Assembly (NCBI GenBank): GCA_964648695.1
Contig: CAZYLH010000002.1
Location: 1 to 61,674 of the forward strand
Source of the DNA: an uncultured Lachnospiraceae bacterium
GTDB taxonomy: Bacteria; Bacillota; Clostridia; Lachnospirales; Lachnospiraceae
Direction of reading: 5' to 3'
DNA: 61,674 bases
Shown here: one piece after another, positions 55,808 through 61,674 of the stretch
Position numbering within the stretch: the first letter of the stretch is position 1
Layout of the letters: every line of letters starts with the position of its first letter
Translations under genes and position numbers: made by a program
The notes under the pieces: model-generated
Told to the model about the DNA's origin: nothing
Seen by the model: only the letters and a program-made list of their open reading frames with translations
Database searches by the model: none

Positions 55808-56944
55808 TTACACAGCTGCCTTATCCTCAAATGCTTCCCTTATCTTCTTTAAATTTTCCACAACGGGGAGCTTTTGAGGGCACATTCTCTCGCATTTACG
55901 GCACTGAATGCAGCTTGACGCCGCGCCGTGAGTCTTTGTAAGCGTCTGATATCTCTCAAAGAGGGGCTTTCTCTCCTCCTTAGCGGTATTTTGATGGTCA
56001 TTGTAGAGCTGGAAGTACTCCGGAATAGCAATCTCCTTAGGGCAATCCTTCGTACAATAGTGACATGCGGTGCAGCCGATGGCGCTTCGAGTCTTTATCA
56101 TGGATACCGCCTTCCACACTGCCTCCTGCTCTTTCTCAGACAGAGGCTTTGGATCCTTCATGTACGATGTGTTATCCATAAGCTGCTCGTAATTGCTCAT
56201 GCCGCTAAGTACCATCATCACTCCTGGAAGACCTGCCGCAAAGCGGATAGCCCATGAGGGTATGCTCATCTGCGGCTGAATGCTCTTATAGAGCGTCTCA
56301 ACGCCCTCAAAGACATTTGCAAGCGTCCCGCCCTTTACAGGCTCCATGACAATTATCGGCTTATTATGCTTTCGCGCTACCTCATAGCATTTGCGGGACT
56401 GTACGTTCTCATCCTCCCAGTCCAGATAGTTAATCTGCAGCTGCACAAACTCCATCTCCGGATGCTCCGTTAGTATGGTGTCTAAAACCTCAGCTCTGTC
56501 ATGGAAGGAAAAGCCGATTTTCTTTGCCTTTCCAGTCCTCTTTAACTCCTGAACAAACTCAAACACATGGAACTTCTTAGCGACCTCATAGAGGTCTTTT
56601 CCCAGACAGTGGATCAGGTAGTAGTCAAAGTAGTCGACGCCGCATTTTTCGCACTGCTCATTAAATATCCTCTCCACATCCTCTTCCTTTTTCAGCTGCA
56701 TCGTGGGCATTTTTGTCGCCAGTGTGTAGCTATCCCTGGCGTGGCGGCTGGTCAGCACATCCTTTACAGCGCTCTCGCTACTGCCATCGTGATACATATA
56801 CGCAGTATCAAAGTATGTGAAGCCCTGCTCTATAAAGCTGTCCACCATCCTGCATACCTGCTCCTTGTCGATGCTGGTGGGATCATCACCGTTTAACAGG
56901 GGAAGTCTCATCAAACCAAAACCCAATTTTTGTGCACTCATCAA
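55808..56944 (-). CDS. aldo/keto reductase fused to a C-terminal 2x[4Fe-4S]-type Cys-motif domain
   Basis: AKR N-terminus KLGFGLMRLP...FDTAYMYHDG. C-terminal CTACHYCTKDCP and CIQCRKCERMCP motifs. Confidence 0.85.
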   Translation of the reverse strand: MMSAQKLGFGLMRLPLLNGDDPTSIDKEQVCRMVDSFIEQGFTYFDTAYMYHDGSSESAVKDVLTSRHARDSYTLATKMPTMQLKKEEDVERIFNEQCEKCGVDYFDYYLIHCLGKDLYEVAKKFHVFEFVQELKRTGKAKKIGFSFHDRAEVLDTILTEHPEMEFVQLQINYLDWEDENVQSRKCYEVARKHNKPIIVMEPVKGGTLANVFEGVETLYKSIQPQMSIPSWAIRFAAGLPGVMMVLSGMSNYEQLMDNTSYMKDPKPLSEKEQEAVWKAVSMIKTRSAIGCTACHYCTKDCPKEIAIPEYFQLYNDHQNTAKEERKPLFERYQTLTKTHGAASSCIQCRKCERMCPQKLPVVENLKKIREAFEDKAAV

Positions 56945-57019
56945 ACATCCTCCTTTAACTTACTTGTAATGTGATTCTATTTCTATAGCTAGAATGCTGT
57001 TTAAAGAAATTCCAAGAAG

Positions 57020-57544
57020 CTATTCCTCCCACAGGCAGACCTTTTCCGGTGTGGATTTTTTTACGTCAATTAACCTCTGATTCTCAGAGCCCCTAAAGCG
57101 CAGAGTAATATTTTTTTGTTCCTCTATAAATTCCCCGTCCACCAGCACATCAAGCATACCAAGGATTTCTTCTGTGTATTCTGTATAGACAACTCCACCG
57201 GGCATAAGATCTGCCTCGTAGGTGTAGCCGCTGTAGCACCAGATATTCTTTTTTGGAAAAAGCTTTTTTACTGCCCGCAAAAGCCCAAGAACCACCGGCT
57301 GATTTTCCGGCTCCATGGGCTCTCCGCCAAGAAGTGTAAGCCCAACTATATATGAAGGCTCAAGAGCCTTTAGTATCTCCTCCTGTACTTCCTCTGTGTA
57401 GGAACTTCCATATGTAAAGCTCCATGTCTCGGGCTGGAAGCAGCCCTTACAGTGATGTCTGCATCCCGACACAAATAAGCTCACCCGCACTCCGGGGCCG
57501 TTTGCTATATCGTGTTTTTTTATAGCTCCGTAATTCATAGACAC
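57020..57544 (-). CDS. nrdG: anaerobic ribonucleoside-triphosphate reductase activating protein (radical SAM)
   Basis: DIANGPGVRVSLFVSGCRHHCKGCF (CxxxCxxC). Confidence 0.92.
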   Translation of the reverse strand: MSMNYGAIKKHDIANGPGVRVSLFVSGCRHHCKGCFQPETWSFTYGSSYTEEVQEEILKALEPSYIVGLTLLGGEPMEPENQPVVLGLLRAVKKLFPKKNIWCYSGYTYEADLMPGGVVYTEYTEEILGMLDVLVDGEFIEEQKNITLRFRGSENQRLIDVKKSTPEKVCLWEE

Positions 57545-57588
57545 CTCCCCCTTTTATGCACCGATGCCAGTTTTACCTAAGTACAATA

Positions 57589-57611
57589 AGGCGGACAAAT
57601 ATGTCCGCCTT
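57589..57611 (-). terminator. hairpin between nrdD and nrdG (weak terminator or processing site)
   Basis: AAGGCGGACA (57589-57598) pairs with TGTCCGCCTT (57602-57611). The minus-strand T-run is poor. Confidence 0.35.
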
Positions 57612-57650
57612 AAATTTATCACTTTCTGCAATCACTTACAAGACGCATTT

Positions 57651-59813
57651 TTATAAATGCAGCACTCGCTCCCTGATTTCCTGTGTACGTCCCTGATTCC
57701 AGAACTGGGTTCCGATATAACCGCATGTGCGGCGCGCCACATTCATCTTGTCCTGATCGGTATTCCCACAACTCGGGCACCTCCATACCAGCTTGCCGTT
57801 TTCGTCCTCTATGATCTCTATCTCTCCGTCATAGCCGCACTCCTGACAGTAGTCGCTCTTTGTGTTTAACTCCGCATACATTATGTGATTATATATATGC
57901 TTCATCACCGCAAGTACCGCATCAATGTTATTCTTCATGTCTGGAACCTCAACGTAGCTGATCGCTCCGCCGGGAGAGAGCCTTTGAAACTGCGCCTCAA
58001 ACTCCAGCTTGGCAAACGCGTCGATTGGCTCTGTCACATGCACATGGTAGCTGTTTGTTATATAGTTCTTATCCGTTACACCGGGAATGATGCCAAAACG
58101 CTTCTGAAGGCACTTCGCAAACTTATATGTGGTGGACTCTAAGGGGGTGCCGTAAAGGCTAAAGGCAATAGTCGTCTCCTTTGCCCATTTCTGGCAAGCC
58201 TCATTTAAGTACTCCATCACCTGCAGCGCAAAAGGCGTTGCCTCCGGGTCCGTGTGGGACTTTCCTGTCATATAGCGTGTGCACTCGCAAAGCCCCGCAT
58301 ATCCTAAGGAGATAGTGGAATATCCATTGTAGAGAAGCTTATCTATCTTCTCACCCTTCTTTAGACGGGCAAGCGCACCGTTTTGCCAAAGTATTGGTGC
58401 GACATCGGACGGCGTCCCCTTAAGGCGGTCATGTCTGCACATCAGCGCCCGCCTGCATAGCTCTAATCTCTCGTCAAGCACCTCCCAGAAGCGATCCATA
58501 TCCCCCTGTGAGGAGCATGCCACATCGACCAGATTTAGGGTTACTACCCCCTGGTTAAAACGGCCGTAGAACTTATACTGGTCGTTCTCATCTTTATATA
58601 CGGACAAAAATGAGCGGCAGCCCATGCATGTGTAGCAGTTGCCCTCCTTTAGCTCCTTCATGATCTTCTCTGAGATATAGTCCGGAACCAAGCGCTTTGC
58701 GGTACACTGGGCCGCAAGCTTTGTAAGATACCAGTAAGGGCTGTCCTCCTTAATGTTATCTTCCTCCAGCACATAGATCAGCTTGGGAAATGCCGGAGTG
58801 ATAAACACACCCTTCTCATTCTTTACGCCCTGAATTCTCTGTTGCAGCATCTCCTCAATGATAAGCGCCAAATCATCCCTGGTCTGTCCTTTGGGCACCT
58901 CGTTTAAATACATAAACACGGTGATAAAAGGCGCCTGCCCGTTGGTGGTCATCAGGGTGATAACCTGATACTGTATCATCTGAACGCCCTGCTTGATCTC
59001 TCTTCGCACACGCTTCTCAGCGATGTCGTTGATGATACTCTCATCTATCTCAAGGCGCTCCTGCTCAAACTCCTCCCGCACCTCTCTTCGGTATTTCTCA
59101 CGGCTGATCTGCACAAACGGTGCCAGATGTGAGAGCGTGATACTCTGCCCGCCATACTGGGAGCTTGCGATCTGCGCTACCGCCTGCGTTGCGATATTGC
59201 ATGCGGTGGAAAAAGAGTGGGGCTTATCTATCATGGTCTCGCTGATGACTGTGCCGTTCTGGAGCATGTCCTCCAAATTTACCAGACAGCAGTTGTGCAT
59301 ATGCTGCGCAAAATAGTCGGAATCATGGAAATGGATAATTCCCTCCTCGTGCGCCCTGACAATGTCCTCCGGGAGGAGAAATCTTCTGGTGATATCCTTG
59401 CTGACCTCACCCGCCATATAGTCGCGCTGCACGCTGTTTACCGTGGGATTCTTGTTGGAGTTTTCCTGTTTAACCTCCTCGTTGTTGCACTCGATAAGGC
59501 TTAATATCTGCTGGTCAGTGGTGTTTGACTTACGCACCAGTGCCCTCTTATAGCGATATGTGATATAGCGGTTTGCAACCTTGTATGCGCCCTGGCGCAT
59601 AATCTGCTCCTCCACCATATCCTGAATTTCCTCCACATTGGCAGCTCTGTTCATACCGCGGCATATCTCAACAACGCTATTGGTAATCTCCCGTATCTGC
59701 TGATCCGTCATCCGATCCGTGCGATACACGCTTTGATTTGCCTTTTCAACCGCAGCCTTTATTTTGTCACTGTCAAAGACATCTTCTTTTCCGCTTCTCT
59801 TTATAATATTCAT
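57651..59813 (-). CDS. nrdD: anaerobic ribonucleoside-triphosphate reductase
   Basis: N-terminal ATP-cone (IIKRSGKEDVFDSDKI), C-terminal Zn ribbon CQECGY...CPSCGN and glycyl-radical motif RRTCGYIG. Confidence 0.95.
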   Translation of the reverse strand: MNIIKRSGKEDVFDSDKIKAAVEKANQSVYRTDRMTDQQIREITNSVVEICRGMNRAANVEEIQDMVEEQIMRQGAYKVANRYITYRYKRALVRKSNTTDQQILSLIECNNEEVKQENSNKNPTVNSVQRDYMAGEVSKDITRRFLLPEDIVRAHEEGIIHFHDSDYFAQHMHNCCLVNLEDMLQNGTVISETMIDKPHSFSTACNIATQAVAQIASSQYGGQSITLSHLAPFVQISREKYRREVREEFEQERLEIDESIINDIAEKRVRREIKQGVQMIQYQVITLMTTNGQAPFITVFMYLNEVPKGQTRDDLALIIEEMLQQRIQGVKNEKGVFITPAFPKLIYVLEEDNIKEDSPYWYLTKLAAQCTAKRLVPDYISEKIMKELKEGNCYTCMGCRSFLSVYKDENDQYKFYGRFNQGVVTLNLVDVACSSQGDMDRFWEVLDERLELCRRALMCRHDRLKGTPSDVAPILWQNGALARLKKGEKIDKLLYNGYSTISLGYAGLCECTRYMTGKSHTDPEATPFALQVMEYLNEACQKWAKETTIAFSLYGTPLESTTYKFAKCLQKRFGIIPGVTDKNYITNSYHVHVTEPIDAFAKLEFEAQFQRLSPGGAISYVEVPDMKNNIDAVLAVMKHIYNHIMYAELNTKSDYCQECGYDGEIEIIEDENGKLVWRCPSCGNTDQDKMNVARRTCGYIGTQFWNQGRTQEIRERVLHL

Positions 59814-59853
59814 GTATTTCCTCCTTATGCGAAGATTAACCCTTCGCTACCAT

Positions 59854-59869
59854 CTACTATATCTTGTGT
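59854..59869 (-). promoter_or_regulatory. candidate NrdR box
   Basis: Minus strand ACACAAGATATAGTAG matches 13 of 16 positions of the acaCwAtATaTwGtgt consensus as I recall it. A much weaker second box overlaps 59882-59900. Confidence 0.35.
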
Positions 59870-59900
59870 TTCTTGCCGAGGCACACCCTCTATATGTGGT

Positions 59901-59928
59901 ATTATAGCATGGCTCCTTGGAATTACAA
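59901..59928 (-). promoter_or_regulatory. sigmaA-type promoter with extended -10 for nrdDG
   Basis: Minus strand TTGTAA (59923-59928), 16-nt spacer, TGcTATAAT (-10 hexamer at 59901-59906). Confidence 0.55.
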
Positions 59929-59981
59929 GAGGAAATACCAAATATTTTTACATGTTTGTAATTTTAGACAAAGACTTACCC

Positions 59982-60674
59982 TTATCCCTTCTGCCCGTAG
60001 TAGGCGTTTGCCCCGTGCTTTCTAAGATAATGCTTATCCTGAAGGTAGTCCGGAGCGGCCTGTACTCCTGGCCTAAGCTGTTCTGTGCGGTATGCCATCT
60101 TGGCAACCTCCTCAAGGACAACTGCGTGATACACCGCATCTGCGGCGTCCTTACCCCAGGTAAATGGGCCGTGGTTTGCGCAGAGAATTCCGGGAAGTTC
60201 TAACGGAGCGCGCTCTCCTAAGGTTTCAATGATAACCTCTCCCGTGTTTAGCTCATACGCCTCCTCTATCTCCTGCTTTGTAAGGCTTCGCGTGCACGGT
60301 ATCTCTCCATAAAAATAGTCCGCGTGTGTTGTTCCGTAGCAGGGAATAGCCCTGCACGCCTGCGCCCAACTGGTTGCCCAGGAAGAGTGCGTGTGCACCA
60401 CTCCGCCTATCTGTTTATATGCCTGGTAAAGTTTTAAATGCGTAGGCATATCTGTGGATGGACGATATTTTCCCTCAACCACATTTCCGCTAAGATCCAC
60501 CAAAACCATATCCTCTGGCTTAAGCTTATCATAGTCAACGCCGCTTGGCTTGATCGCAAAAATGCCCGTCTTCCTATCAATCTCACTTACATTTCCCCAT
60601 GTAAAGGTAACAAGTCCGTAATGGGGAAGCAGCATATTTGCATCATAAACCCGTTTTTTTAATTCCTCAAGCAT
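59982..60674 (-). CDS. araD: L-ribulose-5-phosphate 4-epimerase
   Basis: [20 protein letters not shown], class II aldolase/adducin fold, 230 aa. No araA or araB in the window. Confidence 0.88.
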   Translation of the reverse strand: MLEELKKRVYDANMLLPHYGLVTFTWGNVSEIDRKTGIFAIKPSGVDYDKLKPEDMVLVDLSGNVVEGKYRPSTDMPTHLKLYQAYKQIGGVVHTHSSWATSWAQACRAIPCYGTTHADYFYGEIPCTRSLTKQEIEEAYELNTGEVIIETLGERAPLELPGILCANHGPFTWGKDAADAVYHAVVLEEVAKMAYRTEQLRPGVQAAPDYLQDKHYLRKHGANAYYGQKG

Positions 60675-60741
60675 AATACTCCTCTTTCTTTTGAAATTTT
60701 TTTATGACTTTACCGCCTGTGCCGCCCAAATAAACTACCGA

Positions 60742-60769
60742 CTAAAACGGCGGTGGAAAATCCACCGCC
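60742..60769 (-). terminator. rho-independent terminator downstream of the BlaI-like gene
   Basis: GGCGGTGGA (60749-60757) pairs with TCCACCGCC (60761-60769). Minus-strand GTTTTAG follows. Confidence 0.55.
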
Positions 60770-60873
60770 CTATACTCTCCCCGCTCCTAAGCCCAATCAC
60801 CCGGAACGCGTTTACTTTTGTAATTAAAAAACGTATGCCAGCCATTATCTAAAGCTAACAGGCTTTTTTCTTC

Positions 60874-61263
60874 TTAGACCTCCTTAAGCAATGCCTTGAT
60901 TTTTTCGGTCTCCTCCTCTGACAGCTCGTCAAGAGATATGAGCGAGGAAATCAGGCTGCTTGCTGAACCCTTAAACCAGAAATCCCTGGCGATGCGAAGC
61001 TGATCCGCACGGTAGCTCTCCTCATCTCTGGCGGGAATAAACCATGTCACACCTCTGCGATAAGAGTCAACAAAGCCCTTCTCCTTGAGCTTCTTTAAAA
61101 ATGTATAAACTGTGGTATCCTTATAATCCAACTTATATTTATCTCTGAGAACCTCCATAATCTCAGAACAGGATACCTCATGACCCGCGTCCCAGATGCA
61201 CTTCATCGTGATCAATTCACATTCTGAAAGCTCAGAATGCTGAGCGTTTACTTTCCATCTCAT
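60874..61263 (-). CDS. BlaI/MecI/CopY-family transcriptional repressor
   Basis: 129 aa. ELITMKCIWD...TTVYTFLKKLKEKGFV winged helix. Confidence 0.85.
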   Translation of the reverse strand: MRWKVNAQHSELSECELITMKCIWDAGHEVSCSEIMEVLRDKYKLDYKDTTVYTFLKKLKEKGFVDSYRRGVTWFIPARDEESYRADQLRIARDFWFKGSASSLISSLISLDELSEEETEKIKALLKEV

Positions 61264-61319
61264 TTTATGACCTCCATCTGTTAATAAGTCGTGTCCGTTC
61301 CGCCTCTAACTTGACTGTA

Positions 61320-61348
61320 ATTTTAACATTTTACTCGATACATGTCAA
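61320..61348 (-). promoter_or_regulatory. near-consensus sigmaA promoter in front of the BlaI-like gene
   Basis: Minus strand TTGACA (61343-61348), 17-nt spacer, TAAAAT (61320-61325). Confidence 0.5.
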
Positions 61349-61379
61349 CTAATTTTGTCTGAAATAGACAGTGCCGGCA

Positions 61380-61674
61380 TCACAAAGTCTCTTTGCTTTT
61401 CTTCGCCACTCTAAGCGCTCTTTTATATAGATTTCCCTGCTTTTTTCTAAACATCCTCACAGGCGTCTGACAGAGACTGTTTATTTTTAAGAACAGCTCA
61501 AGGTATTCCCTTACGCTATATCTCCTGCAGCACAGTGCGTCACACTGCTCCTCAGACCACTTACAGACCGCATCCCTCATCAGACGTGACAGCGGCATAA
61601 ACCAAAATATAATTGCAATGTTTTCAAAAAGCATTTTCCACGCAAAGTCATTCTTTTTGATATGCGACAGCTCA
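61380..61674 (-). CDS. M56 (BlaR1-like) peptidase family protein, 5'-truncated by the window edge
   Basis: The reading frame stays open to the edge. The first visible residues, ELSHIKKNDFAWK, are the tail of an HExxH...D M56 motif. Only about 97 aa follow it. Confidence 0.6.
   Translation of the reverse strand, partial: ELSHIKKNDFAWKMLFENIAIIFWFMPLSRLMRDAVCKWSEEQCDALCCRRYSVREYLELFLKINSLCQTPVRMFRKKQGNLYKRALRVAKKSKETL

Overview
This 61,674-nt window reads as a densely coding chromosomal segment. I count about 48 CDS and saw no rRNA, tRNA or CRISPR array; the largest non-coding gaps are about 250-280 nt. It looks like a Gram-positive anaerobe of the Clostridia/Lachnospiraceae type. That taxon is inference from protein sequences, AGGAGG-type ribosome-binding sites and 43 of 48 genes lying on the minus strand. 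Left to right: (1) an intact tyrosine integrase abutting the 3' end of rlmD/rumA, probably one end of an integrative element that continues off the left edge. (2) Housekeeping genes: pcrA, an SPFH protein, yerC, a DUF1836 protein and a PPi-dependent PFK. (3) A KdpD-like sensor that lacks both the KdpD N-domain and the phospho-acceptor His, co-transcribed with a CinA-C/PncC-like gene. (4) A tight 5-gene operon: OmpR-type RR, HK, VTC-domain protein, DUF4956 membrane protein and a Cthe_2159-like beta-helix lipoprotein. (5) A DD-carboxypeptidase, then a long co-directional block: metallophosphoesterase-scpA-scpB-thrS-tkt-APH-like kinase. (6) A polysaccharide deacetylase, typA and a class A PBP. 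(7) A reduced dcw cluster: mraZ-rsmH-ftsL-pbp-mraY-murD-ftsW, a terminator, then ftsQ-ftsZ. (8) A visibly AT-richer 1125-aa helicase IV-like gene carrying a nuclease-like insert, two topoisomerase-type Zn ribbons and an RQC-like tail. (9) A large glycoside hydrolase, lgt, a SASA-type esterase, ilvE and an orphan ABC ATPase. (10) AKR/Fe-S-larB-larC, nrdDG, araD and a BlaI/M56 pair cut by the right edge. The two loci I rank highest for undescribed biology are the TCS-VTC-DUF4956-lipoprotein operon (11753-16986) and the stand-alone helicase IV-like multidomain gene (42676-46131). All family calls come from motif recognition by eye; no searches were run.
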